A stretch of 35,886 nucleotides of DNA. It comes from an uncultured Gammaproteobacteria bacterium. Its GTDB lineage: Bacteria; Patescibacteriota; Microgenomatia; UBA1406; GWC2-37-13. Below, in pieces: positions 15,681 through 24,581 of this stretch (position 1 is its first letter; every line of letters starts with the position of its first letter). The translations under genes were made by a program, and so were the position numbers. The stretch lies in contig CAYZAZ010000005.1 of NCBI GenBank assembly GCA_964476545.1, positions 1 to 35,886 on the forward strand. The letters run 5' to 3'. The notes under the pieces are model-generated. The model saw only the letters and a program-made list of their open reading frames with translations, did not search any database and had not been told where the DNA came from.

Positions 15681-15689
15681 TGGTAATAT
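15681..15689 (+). promoter_or_regulatory. Extended -10 element (TGgTAATAT) 6 nt upstream of the Bro-N gene ATG
   Basis: Same geometry as the LysM promoter: TGGTAWTAT-N6-ATG. No SD. Confidence 0.45.
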
Positions 15690-15695
15690 TTTGAT

Positions 15696-16523
15696 ATGTT
15701 ATCTCGCAAAATTGCCCTTTTTCAAGGTAACCGAATTCGTCGTTTATGGAACGATAAAGAAGAAAAATGGTATTTTTCTATTATAGATGTTGTAGCAGTA
15801 TTAACAGCGAGCACAAATCCCCAAGTTTATTGGAGAGTTCTTAAAAAAAGATTAATCGACGAAGGTTCAAATGAAACCGTTACAAAATGTAACGGGTTGA
15901 AAATGTTAGCCACTGACGGAAAAATGAGATTGACTGATGTCGCTGATACAGAAGTTCTGCTCCGAATAATTCAAAGTATCCCTTCACCAAACGCAGAACC
16001 ACTTAAACTTTGGCTAGCACGAGTTGGCTATGAACGACTTGAAGAAACAGCAGATCCAGAACTGACCATCAATCGTGCACTAAAAACATATTTACAAAAA
16101 GGTTACAGCCGAGAATGGATAAATCAACGTTTAAAAAGTATTGAAGTCCGCAAGGAATTAACCAATGAATGGGAAAATCGTGGAGTTAAAGAAGGATTGG
16201 AATTTGCGATTTTAACAAATGAAATAACTGAAGCTTGGGCTGAACTAACAACCAAACAATATAAACAGCTCAAAGGTTTAAAAAAACAAAACCTGAGAGA
16301 TAATATGACAAATTTGGAGTTGGTACTAAATATGCTTGCAGAAACAGCTACAACTGAAATCTCACAGAAAAAACAACCTAAAAACTTCCCCGAAAATAAA
16401 AAAGTAGCACGTGAGGGAGGAACCGTTGCTGGAAATGCCCGAAAAGAAATTGAATCAAAAACTAAAAAAAAAGTAATCACCAGTAAGAACGCAAAAGATT
16501 TAAAATTACTGAAGCAAAAATAA
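15696..16523 (+). CDS. Bro-N domain protein (phage-antirepressor / DinD-like)
   Basis: 275 aa. N-terminus (FQGNRIRRLWNDKEEKWYFSIIDVVAVLT ... NAEPLKLWLARVGYERLEE) matches my recollection of Bro-N family proteins. Lys-rich C-terminal tail. Confidence 0.7.
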   Translation: MLSRKIALFQGNRIRRLWNDKEEKWYFSIIDVVAVLTASTNPQVYWRVLKKRLIDEGSNETVTKCNGLKMLATDGKMRLTDVADTEVLLRIIQSIPSPNAEPLKLWLARVGYERLEETADPELTINRALKTYLQKGYSREWINQRLKSIEVRKELTNEWENRGVKEGLEFAILTNEITEAWAELTTKQYKQLKGLKKQNLRDNMTNLELVLNMLAETATTEISQKKQPKNFPENKKVAREGGTVAGNARKEIESKTKKKVITSKNAKDLKLLKQK

Positions 16524-16628
16524 TGACCTACTAATCCTCAAATTTTTGGCACTTGGAATTTAAAATAAACTTCTAGATGTTATACTTTATTTAGCCAGTT
16601 AGGCGCAACAGTATCCTCAGGGGCAACT

Positions 16629-16702
16629 GCCTTTTTAGCTCAACGGTAGAGCAGCGGTATCGTAAACCGTAGATGTCAGTTCAATTCTGACAAAAGGCTC
16701 CA
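16629..16702 (+). tRNA. tRNA-Thr (anticodon CGT), CCA encoded
   Basis: Hand-folded cloverleaf: acceptor GCCTTTT/AAAAGGC, D arm GCTC-AACGGTA-GAGC, anticodon arm GCGGT-ATCGTAA-ACCGT, T arm GTCAG-TTCAATT-CTGAC, discriminator T, CCA at 16700-16702. Confidence 0.9.
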
Positions 16703-17403
16703 TGACCACTATTCAATCCCACAAAAATAGATTATTTAAAAAACAAGTTGCTTTATTTGGTTTCTTATTATTATTAACCGTCATTTTTCTTTTTTCCTTT
16801 GGTTTTAAAATTCTTTTTGGTACTTCACTATTTATTAATCAAATCTTTAACAAAGACGATGCTTTAATTACGCCTACAAAAGAAATATTCCTGGGCGACC
16901 TCACTATTGATTCGATTCCAGAAGCGACCAATAGCGCCACCATTCTTGTTTCCGGCTTTATTGATAAATTTGATTCTGTCGCCATTTATTTAAATGAAAC
17001 AAAAGTCGATGAAATAAAAATTGCCAGCAATAGTTTTAATTTCGAAATCAAGGATCTACAAAAAGGCGAAAATAAACTTTACTTTTTAGCCAAATCAAAT
17101 AAACATAAAGAAAAAAAACAAACGGAAACCTTCAAAGTTTTATATGCCGATGAAAAACCAAAAATTGAAATTAAAGAACCAGCCGACCAACTTAAAACAG
17201 TTAAAAATGAAATTAAAATTATCGGGAGTACAGCGAAAGAAAATGTCACTAAAATTAATGGTTTTCCTATCGTCCTCGATGTTCAAGGCAACTTTGAAAG
17301 TAGTGTTAAATTAAAAAATGGCGAAAATAAAATAATTATCCTTGTTATCGATATTTATGGCAATTCTGAAGAAAAAACACTTACGATTATAAAAGAGGAA
17401 TAA
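16702..17403 (+). CDS. Membrane-anchored protein with Ig-like repeats
   Basis: 233 aa with an N-terminal TM helix (VALFGFLLLLTVIFLFSF). Two beta-rich segments end in the ...NGENK(I/L)...GN... pattern common in bacterial Ig-like domains. The ATG shares its A with the tRNA-Thr CCA end. Confidence 0.6.
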   Translation: MTTIQSHKNRLFKKQVALFGFLLLLTVIFLFSFGFKILFGTSLFINQIFNKDDALITPTKEIFLGDLTIDSIPEATNSATILVSGFIDKFDSVAIYLNETKVDEIKIASNSFNFEIKDLQKGENKLYFLAKSNKHKEKKQTETFKVLYADEKPKIEIKEPADQLKTVKNEIKIIGSTAKENVTKINGFPIVLDVQGNFESSVKLKNGENKIIILVIDIYGNSEEKTLTIIKEE

Positions 17404-18499
17404 CACTCAAAAGCAAAAATAAGACAAAAGGATGAAGTAAAATATTATCAAACAAAGATAGAATTGAAAGAAATAAAATAACCGAAGCAATTTTTTTATT
17501 TTGCCTTACTAAAGTCGCCAAAAAACCTAACCACCCCACCAACCCCACAACTCCTCCCGTTACTAAAATTATTAAAAAACTCGAATGATAAGACGCTCCA
17601 GCATTCCCAATTCTAAAACTTTCTCTACCATATCGGATATGATTATAGCCTATCCCAATAAGCCAATTACCTCTCCATAAATCAATTGCCTGCTGGTAAT
17701 TTTTAACTCTTGAATTGATCGAAAAAACTCGCAATAAATTTACTCCCTCACCGTTAGGTTTCGGCACAACAAAAATAAGCAAACCAAATAAAAAAATACT
17801 AACTAATAAATACTTAAATTTTCTTTGACGAAATAAAATAAAAAAACTTGTTAACAAAAATCCAAGATAAACACTCCGAGAAAAAGTTAAAACTAAAAAT
17901 ATTAAAAAAATAATTATTAAAAAATATTTAAAATACGAATTAATTTTCGCTTGATATAAAAAAATTAAAATCATCCCAAATACCGCTCCAGCCACCCCGG
18001 TATCAAAAAATACTCCAAACATCCGATATAAGTGCGGATCCCAACCAAGATAAAATAAATTTCTTAAATCCGGATAAAAAAAGTATTGCATAAGCGAAGT
18101 AAATAAAGTCACAAGAACGAAAATAAAAGCCCCACCAAACAAAACTTTAGTTTTACGTTCTTTTTTTACCCAATAAAATAAATAAATAAAATAACTAAAA
18201 TAAAAAAATAATCGTTTCAAATACAAAAAAGCAACTAAATTTTCTAGAAAATTATATTTTAAGGAATTTACAAAAAAAGAAAAAATCATAAATAAGCAAA
18301 GAACGAAAAAAATCTTTAACTTCTTATAATAAATAGTAAAAGGGATAAATCTAAATTTAAAAAATAAAGAAAGAAAGAAAACCATCATCAATACTTCATA
18401 CAAATAAAAATTCACTTGTCCATTCAGCAAAGAAACTCTCCCAATCTGCCCCAAAGAGAAGAACAAAAAAATTAAATAAAATAGAAAATTAAAGTACAT
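17387..18499 (-). CDS. O-antigen ligase (Wzy_C)-family polytopic membrane protein
   Basis: 370 aa with about 10 TM helices, an FSRSVYLGF segment and a later YHSSFLIILVTGGVVGLVG segment resembling O-antigen ligase/polymerase motifs. It is the last gene of the glycosyltransferase operon. Confidence 0.65.
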   Translation of the reverse strand: MYFNFLFYLIFLFFSLGQIGRVSLLNGQVNFYLYEVLMMVFFLSLFFKFRFIPFTIYYKKLKIFFVLCLFMIFSFFVNSLKYNFLENLVAFLYLKRLFFYFSYFIYLFYWVKKERKTKVLFGGAFIFVLVTLFTSLMQYFFYPDLRNLFYLGWDPHLYRMFGVFFDTGVAGAVFGMILIFLYQAKINSYFKYFLIIIFLIFLVLTFSRSVYLGFLLTSFFILFRQRKFKYLLVSIFLFGLLIFVVPKPNGEGVNLLRVFSINSRVKNYQQAIDLWRGNWLIGIGYNHIRYGRESFRIGNAGASYHSSFLIILVTGGVVGLVGWLGFLATLVRQNKKIASVILFLSILSLFDNILLHPFVLFLLLSVIPLL

Positions 18500-19292
18500 A
18501 TTTTTGATAAAGTTTTATTCTCACCAAAAAAGAATGGAAGCTCATAAAAAATGAGTAAACGAATCCCGCCGGCCCATCTAAAAACCCAAATTTTAGAAAG
18601 TAAGAAAATATAAATTTAAATAATGGGAAAGTAATAATCTCAAAAATAGTTGTTTTCTTACCTTGCTTATGCAATTCATCAGCGCGGATTGATGAATAAA
18701 AATTCACACTTTCAATAAATTCCTTCACCGTCTGATGAGGATAGTGTTCAATGTATCCATTTAAGCTTTCAACTTTATGAACTTTATAACTTCGTACTTT
18801 ATAAACTCTGTATTCTTCATGTACTTTCCCCTCCCACTTCCCAGAATCCTTTTTCACTAACCGAATTATGCCGACTTTTCTAATTTTCTGAGTCTCTCCA
18901 TATTTCAATTCTTTTCCCCAAAAATAATCTCGGCGCTTTAAATAAAAAGCTTGGTAACCATTAACCATTGAACCATTTAGCAATTTAGTTATTTCACTCG
19001 CCAAATCTTGGCTTACAGTCTCATCACTGTCAACAAATAAAATCCACTCACCACTTGCCTTTTCCATTCCAAAATTTCTTTGCTCTGAAAAATTATTTAA
19101 TCTTCTTTGAAATATTTGAATTTTACACTTATCTAAAAATTGCTGTTTAAGTTTTTGAATTTCATCTAAGGTACCATCAGTTGAATAATCATCAATAATA
19201 ATTATTTCCTCACAAAACTTAAGCGACAGCAAACAACGCTTAATCTCCTTCTGATTATTTTTTGTTAAAACTACTCCTGTTAACTTCATCAT
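18489..19292 (-). CDS. Glycosyltransferase family 2
   Basis: Motifs IIIDDYSTDGT and FVDSDE. I place the start at ATG 19292 (MMKLTGVVLTKNN, a typical GT2 N-terminus). The ORF track extends to a TTG at 19340, which would overlap the upstream gene by 40 nt. Confidence 0.8.
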   Translation of the reverse strand: MMKLTGVVLTKNNQKEIKRCLLSLKFCEEIIIIDDYSTDGTLDEIQKLKQQFLDKCKIQIFQRRLNNFSEQRNFGMEKASGEWILFVDSDETVSQDLASEITKLLNGSMVNGYQAFYLKRRDYFWGKELKYGETQKIRKVGIIRLVKKDSGKWEGKVHEEYRVYKVRSYKVHKVESLNGYIEHYPHQTVKEFIESVNFYSSIRADELHKQGKKTTIFEIITFPLFKFIFSYFLKFGFLDGPAGFVYSFFMSFHSFLVRIKLYQKYVL

Positions 19293-19300
19293 AATAACTT

Positions 19301-20245
19301 TTAAAAAAACTTTACTAATTCCTCGATGTATTTCTTCCAAGAAAAAATATTTATCAATTTCTTATGATTAATAACTTGCTTTTTATAACAAACTATTTTC
19401 ATTTTACTTACAAAATTATCTATATTATTATCGCATATATTTACAAATTCTTTCATCTCAGGAATTATTGCTGATTTCAATCCAATTACCGGACAATCAT
19501 TAACCAGCGCCTCAAGGACAGGAAAATTAAAACTTTCATAATGCGAAGCAGTTAAAAGTGCCGTCGCATTTTGATAAAGTTTTTTTAACTCAACTCGAGA
19601 AATATTATCAGAAATAATTTTTAATTCATAATTCTTGTAATTCTCATCTTGTATAAATTCGTTAAACACTTTTTTAATAAACTCAACATTTTTAATTACG
19701 TGATCCATCCCTACATAAAGAAAGTATTTTTGTTTATCTTTTAACTTTACAGACTTTACGACCCTAACCTTATTTTCCATATCAAATGGAATTCCAAAAG
19801 GCAAAACCATTACTCTCTTTTCGATGTATTGATACATCGTGCTTAACTCATCTTTAACTTTTTGTGAGGAAACAACAATAATATCTGCTCGCTTAATCAT
19901 CTCGCTCAACTGTTTTTCCAACCTAGCGACATCATTTTTTGAATATAATTCCGGAAAATACCGATAAGAAAGACCATGAGAAAAACTAATAATTTTTCCG
20001 CGAGTTAATCTTGGTGGTTGTTGATTTAAAACTAAAACAACATCATCAAACATTCCCCAAAAACTAAAAAGATTTGAAGGTAATTTGATAACTGATGAAA
20101 TCTGATTACTGAAACAAAATGAATAGTAAAGATATTTGTTCACTCGGTCATATTTCTGTAGAGCCTGCACAAAATTTTCCGTAAAAGTATATGTCCCAAA
20201 ATACTTTTTACTACAAATAGCACCCACATCAACTGCGACTTTCAT
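19301..20245 (-). CDS. Glycosyltransferase, GT-B fold (GT4/GT1-like)
   Basis: 314 aa with a C-terminal EX7E-type motif (SHYESFNFPVLEALVNDCPVI). Confidence 0.8.
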   Translation of the reverse strand: MKVAVDVGAICSKKYFGTYTFTENFVQALQKYDRVNKYLYYSFCFSNQISSVIKLPSNLFSFWGMFDDVVLVLNQQPPRLTRGKIISFSHGLSYRYFPELYSKNDVARLEKQLSEMIKRADIIVVSSQKVKDELSTMYQYIEKRVMVLPFGIPFDMENKVRVVKSVKLKDKQKYFLYVGMDHVIKNVEFIKKVFNEFIQDENYKNYELKIISDNISRVELKKLYQNATALLTASHYESFNFPVLEALVNDCPVIGLKSAIIPEMKEFVNICDNNIDNFVSKMKIVCYKKQVINHKKLINIFSWKKYIEELVKFF

Positions 20246-22118
20246 AAAATAAATATTTTCGAATAAAATAATAACCGAACACCAAATTTAATATCTCACA
20301 AATTATTGTAATATAGGCACTCGCAAATAGCGAAAACCTGGGAATAAAAATTAAATTTAATATTAAATTAACAAATATTTGAAATAAGTATATTAAAATT
20401 ACCGTCTTCACTTTCTTCAGAACATAAAGAGCACTAAAACAGACCGTTGTCCCAAGCACAAAAGGCAAAGAAAAAACAACAATTCTGGCTACTGCCAAGG
20501 AATTCTGATACTTTGATTTTAAAAACAAAGTTAACAAATAAGGAGATAAAAAATAAAAAATTAAACTCACTATAAATCCAATAAATATAAACAAAACAAA
20601 GTCTCTTTTAACTCTTAATTTTAAAATTTCCTTCTTAGCTAATAATTTAGACAAAATCGGTAAAGAAACCATGCTATAACTTCCAGCAATTAACAATAAG
20701 GCCTCCAAAAATTTAAATCCGGCGGAATAAACTCCCACAACTTGATCAGATTGTAAATATTTTAGTAAAAATATATCTTGCTTAAAATACAACCCTGAAA
20801 AAAACCCTACTAAAACAAAAAAGGTTGATTTTTTTAAAATAGGCATCCAATTTTTAAAATCAAATTTAATCTTTAAATCAAAAAATTCCTTTTTTACTAA
20901 ATACCAGTTAATAACTGTGTAAATTGCATAACAAAAAAATATTGCTCCAAAAATTAAACTAAGATCACGCTTTAACCAAAGGAGTAAAATAAGAATAGAA
21001 ATTAAAAAAAAGTTAAAAATCACCGAAACACCAGAGGCCTGATATACCTTCTCCTTTAACGAAGTAATAATTAGATAACTTCCCGACCACATATTGGCTA
21101 AGACAACTATTGAAGTTAAAAAAATAAAAAATGAAATATGCAATTGATTGGGAAAAAACACTAAAGACGCCGGAGTAATAATTGCAAAAATTACTAACAT
21201 TAAAAAAAACCTTAAAGAAACTAACCGACTGAAATTTTGTTTTTTTTCTTGTGGAAGATAAGTTAGGCCATAAGAAGTAGTTCCAAAGTCTAAAAACGGG
21301 GAAAAAAATTCTATAAAAGCCCAAACCAATACATAGATTCCATAATTAGCAGGTGTTAAATAACCAATTAAAAAAGTAAATAAAATAAAATTCAAGAATT
21401 TATTTATTAAGCTTGAGAAATTAAGACTGGCAAAATTAAAAATAAATTTTCCCAACATTACCTTTCTCAATCTTTGCCAAACACAAGCGTATTTATTAAA
21501 AAATATTTCATGGCTTTTGGCTAATTGAATATCTTTTTTTTTATTTAAAATACTGGAGCTTTCAAAATGCTCATAACTATTCCTTGCGTCAATTCCCACT
21601 TTTAATCCTGCTTTTTTTGCCCGCAAACAGTAATCTACATCTTCGTAATACATAAAATACGATTCGTCAAACAATCCAATTTTATTAAGAGTCTGAGCTT
21701 TAATAATCATTAATGATCCTGACACAAAATCCACTTCGATGAATTGATACATCGGAGTCTTCACCCTTAGCCCGCCACTGAGTTTCCATTTATCAATTTC
21801 CCCTCCATAATAAATTTTTCCTCTTTGCCTCATTGCCAATCCCCAAATATCAAAATTTTTACTTCCTCCAAATATTTTTCCTGCCGTCAATCCTTTTAAG
21901 GAAATATCTGGATTCATGATAATTACCGTATCACAGTTACCCGCCAAAGCTTTTTTAATTCCTTCATTAACACCAGTTGCATACCCTTGGTTATTAAATG
22001 AATTGTCAATTAAATATATTTCAAAGTTATCAAATCCTAGATCTTTAATTTCATCTTTAAGACGCCCAACTTCATCCTTTGGAGTTTGATACAAAACAAT
22101 AATAAACGCAGTTTTCAT
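20229..22118 (-). CDS. Fusion protein: N-terminal GT2 glycosyltransferase plus C-terminal Wzx/MOP-type flippase-like polytopic domain
   Basis: 629 aa. Residues 1-~215 carry GT2 (rhamnosyltransferase-like) motifs (IDNSFNNQGYATGVNEGIKKA, FMYYEDVDYCLRAKKAG). Residues ~225-629 form about 12 hydrophobic helices resembling polysaccharide-biosynthesis (Wzx) proteins. Confidence 0.8.
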   Translation of the reverse strand: MKTAFIIVLYQTPKDEVGRLKDEIKDLGFDNFEIYLIDNSFNNQGYATGVNEGIKKALAGNCDTVIIMNPDISLKGLTAGKIFGGSKNFDIWGLAMRQRGKIYYGGEIDKWKLSGGLRVKTPMYQFIEVDFVSGSLMIIKAQTLNKIGLFDESYFMYYEDVDYCLRAKKAGLKVGIDARNSYEHFESSSILNKKKDIQLAKSHEIFFNKYACVWQRLRKVMLGKFIFNFASLNFSSLINKFLNFILFTFLIGYLTPANYGIYVLVWAFIEFFSPFLDFGTTSYGLTYLPQEKKQNFSRLVSLRFFLMLVIFAIITPASLVFFPNQLHISFFIFLTSIVVLANMWSGSYLIITSLKEKVYQASGVSVIFNFFLISILILLLWLKRDLSLIFGAIFFCYAIYTVINWYLVKKEFFDLKIKFDFKNWMPILKKSTFFVLVGFFSGLYFKQDIFLLKYLQSDQVVGVYSAGFKFLEALLLIAGSYSMVSLPILSKLLAKKEILKLRVKRDFVLFIFIGFIVSLIFYFLSPYLLTLFLKSKYQNSLAVARIVVFSLPFVLGTTVCFSALYVLKKVKTVILIYLFQIFVNLILNLIFIPRFSLFASAYITIICEILNLVFGYYFIRKYLFYESRS

Positions 22119-22120
22119 AA

Positions 22121-22912
22121 TTATAAAATTCTAAAGTAAGGCAAATTATATTGCCATACTTTTAAAAATAAAACAAAATAAGTTACAAACTCCATATACC
22201 CAAACCCAATATCCAATGGTAGTCGAAACATTCCATCCTTATACCCTTTATCTTTTATAAATCTTGCCCAAATCATATGCAATGGGTACAAAAATATTTT
22301 TTTAAAAGAACTTCTTTCCCCCATTTTATACTTTTCATGAGCCATTTTGAAAGCATAGTCCGTAAATTTTTTATACATTTCCGAAATTGATCGATAAGAA
22401 TAATGCAGTATTTTATTTCTCAATTTACTTGTCTTACCTTTTTTCACCACAAAATGTTCGTGGACATTAACCAAATCAATTTTCACACAACTTTTTTTAA
22501 AAAGTGCAAATTTTGAATAATTTTCACCTCCATAATAAAGTGGTCGACCCAAATAGAAACTTTGAAAAGGAATTAGAAACGCAGTATTTTTAATCATTGA
22601 ACCAGTTAGCCATTTAATCATTTCTTTTTTTAGTTCAGCTGAAATTCTCTCATCCGCATCCAAAATTAACACCCAGTCATTAGTTACTTTACTTAAACCA
22701 TATTTTCGCTGACCAGCCACTGTTCCGGTACTTTCAATAAAAACTTTCGCTTGATATTTTTTAGCAATTAAAACAGTATTATCAGTCGAAAAATCATCCA
22801 CCAAAATAATTTCATTCACTAGTCCCCTTACCGACTCCAGACAATCACCCACCATCTTTTCCTCGTTTTTGGTAATAATTAAAAGTGATAAACCGACTTT
22901 ACTTTGACTCAT
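22121..22912 (-). CDS. Glycosyltransferase family 2
   Basis: 263 aa with motifs ILVDDFSTDNT and ILDADE. First gene of the minus-strand glycan operon. Confidence 0.85.
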   Translation of the reverse strand: MSQSKVGLSLLIITKNEEKMVGDCLESVRGLVNEIILVDDFSTDNTVLIAKKYQAKVFIESTGTVAGQRKYGLSKVTNDWVLILDADERISAELKKEMIKWLTGSMIKNTAFLIPFQSFYLGRPLYYGGENYSKFALFKKSCVKIDLVNVHEHFVVKKGKTSKLRNKILHYSYRSISEMYKKFTDYAFKMAHEKYKMGERSSFKKIFLYPLHMIWARFIKDKGYKDGMFRLPLDIGFGYMEFVTYFVLFLKVWQYNLPYFRIL

Positions 22913-22921
22913 AATTATTTT

Positions 22922-22930
22922 ATTATATCA
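22922..22930 (-). promoter_or_regulatory. Extended -10 (TGaTATAAT) 9 nt upstream of the first glycosyltransferase gene
   Basis: The minus strand reads CTTGATATAATaaaataattATG. The intergenic region is only 35 nt. Confidence 0.45.
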
Positions 22931-22947
22931 AGCTAAACAACCAATCT

Positions 22948-23322
22948 ATGAGCGCCCTACCTGAATCACCTATAGAAAAAATTTACTTTGACTTCTCTAA
23001 ATCTATATACGCACCATCTATCACAACTAATTCTGCTGATAAAAATACAAATTCTCTGACAGGCTATACCGTTTTAGAATCAGGTTGGTATAACAAAGGT
23101 AATCAAAGAGAAGCCCAGTGGCAAGAGGCTTTAACTCTTAGAGTCGAAACGGAGTTATTTCCATTGCTACCAGTCGCAGTTATCACTCAAGGATTATTTG
23201 GTTTAAGATTTACATCCTTAAAAGTTTGTCAACCTACACCCGGCCATATTATTCCCATTCATATTCTTCGTCCACCAAGTAAAGAAGAGCTTAAAGAAGT
23301 TTTTCTCCAACATCACAAATAA
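22948..23322 (+). CDS. Hypothetical protein (weakly supported)
   Basis: 124-aa ORF in an otherwise unassigned 540-nt gap. No recognisable motif, signal peptide or TM segment. Confidence 0.35.
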   Translation: MSALPESPIEKIYFDFSKSIYAPSITTNSADKNTNSLTGYTVLESGWYNKGNQREAQWQEALTLRVETELFPLLPVAVITQGLFGLRFTSLKVCQPTPGHIIPIHILRPPSKEELKEVFLQHHK

Positions 23323-23405
23323 AAATCTCTTTAAATATATTTTAAACAAATTTACTATATCGACATTTGTCTACATGTCCCTCGGCTCTAATCTCCATTA
23401 AATGC

Positions 23406-23417
23406 GGACTATAATCC
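23406..23417 (+). promoter_or_regulatory. Shared motif GGACTATAATCC (copy 1), putative -10 region of the GT-C-like gene
   Basis: TGCGGACTATAATCC ends 35 nt upstream of the ATG at 23453. A near-identical TGTGGACTATAATCC occurs at 24530-24543. Confidence 0.4.
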
Positions 23418-23452
23418 ATAGACAAAAATATTTTTTCAGTAAATAATAAACT

Positions 23453-24517
23453 ATGAGGAAAATCATTATTCTTGGCTTAGTCATTCGAGTTGGAGTTATT
23501 TTCTTAAGCCTAAATTTTACTAATTTTGATTTAAACTCATATCTCAAAGTTGGCCAACTAACCCTGCAGGGAATGAATATTTATCCTGAAACAGCTCGCG
23601 TCCACCACCCCTACTTTCCTTTTTTTCTCTATATTGAAGCCTTTGCAATTTATTTAAAACAACTCTATATCCACCCAATATTATTTATCAAAACCCTAAT
23701 TATTGCTTTTGATACCGGTATTATTTACTTAGTCTATTTACTTTCAAATAGAAATTTGAAATCAACTTTCGCTTATGCAATCAATCCAATAGCAATTCTT
23801 ATCTGTGGCTTTCACGGCCAATTTGATTCTATTCCTTTATTTTTTCTGCTTCTAGCAATCTATCTAGCAAAAAAGCAAGAATTAATTTCAATCCTTTTAT
23901 TATCAATGGCAATAATGTTTAAAACTTGGCCTCTTTTTTTTGCTATTTCAATATTTAGAAAGCTCAAAAATAAATTACTCTTTATACTCGTGGGAATTTT
24001 TCCCTTTGGATCAATATTACTATATTCATATATTTTCAAAACTAAAATAGTTGAGGTTGTTTCGATCATTTTCAAACATCATAGTCTTTTTGGCATTTTT
24101 GGCGCCGGAAAAATTATTGACTTAATTTATCGAAATTTAAATCTTCTCCCCTCAATCTTTGAGCAACGCTTTTTTTTCAGCTTCTTTGCCTTTACTTTTA
24201 TTTCTTTTTCTTTATTAACCAAACGCAGTTCTATTTTAGAAGAACTATTAATTTTATTACTTTTCTTTTACACTTTTACAACAAATTTTGCCGTCCAGTA
24301 TTTTTTATGGCTAACACCATTTCTTATTCTTTTAAAACCAAAACGTTGGCTTGAGTTAAATTTACTGATAGCCATCTATTTATTAACAAACTATGCTTCT
24401 TGGTATCTCAAGTATACCCTTGAGTTTCCACTTACCCTCATTGGTCTTCTAATCTGGTGCTTATCTTTCAAAATGTTATGTGGATATCGCAAAAAAAACG
24501 TTGATTTGATGCGCTAA
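23453..24517 (+). CDS. Polytopic membrane protein, GT-C / DUF2029-like glycosyltransferase candidate
   Basis: 354 aa with about 10 TM helices. An N-terminal loop with ...NIYPETARVHHPYFPFFLY... resembles DUF2029/mannosyltransferase-type GT-C proteins. Adjacent to the glycan operon. Confidence 0.5.
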   Translation: MRKIIILGLVIRVGVIFLSLNFTNFDLNSYLKVGQLTLQGMNIYPETARVHHPYFPFFLYIEAFAIYLKQLYIHPILFIKTLIIAFDTGIIYLVYLLSNRNLKSTFAYAINPIAILICGFHGQFDSIPLFFLLLAIYLAKKQELISILLLSMAIMFKTWPLFFAISIFRKLKNKLLFILVGIFPFGSILLYSYIFKTKIVEVVSIIFKHHSLFGIFGAGKIIDLIYRNLNLLPSIFEQRFFFSFFAFTFISFSLLTKRSSILEELLILLLFFYTFTTNFAVQYFLWLTPFLILLKPKRWLELNLLIAIYLLTNYASWYLKYTLEFPLTLIGLLIWCLSFKMLCGYRKKNVDLMR

Positions 24518-24531
24518 AAATCTACTTTTGT

Positions 24532-24543
24532 GGACTATAATCC
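24532..24543 (+). promoter_or_regulatory. Shared motif GGACTATAATCC (copy 2), putative -10 region of the lipase-fusion gene
   Basis: Identical 12-mer to 23406-23417, ending 38 nt upstream of the GTG at 24582. Confidence 0.4.
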
Positions 24544-24581
24544 GTTGCAATTATTTTTAACTTTATTTTAATTATGGTATT

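Noticed and set aside
19293-19340. N-terminal extension of the GT2 gene from a TTG start
   Set aside because: It would overlap the upstream GT4 gene by 40 nt and add a non-conserved 16-aa peptide. ATG at 19292 gives a canonical GT2 N-terminus. The extension is kept as an alternative only.
21013-21324. 103-aa same-strand ORF nested in the GT2-Wzx gene
   Set aside because: It is an alternative frame of a continuous 629-aa ORF whose hydrophobic helices are coherent in the main frame.
22913-23452. Unassigned 540-nt region as a structured ncRNA (RNase P, tmRNA or SRP)
   Set aside because: None of the conserved cores I know (RNase P P4 GAGGAAAGUCC, a tmRNA tRNA-like end, the SRP GGAA tetraloop helix) are present on either strand. 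A 124-aa ORF fits instead, with low confidence.
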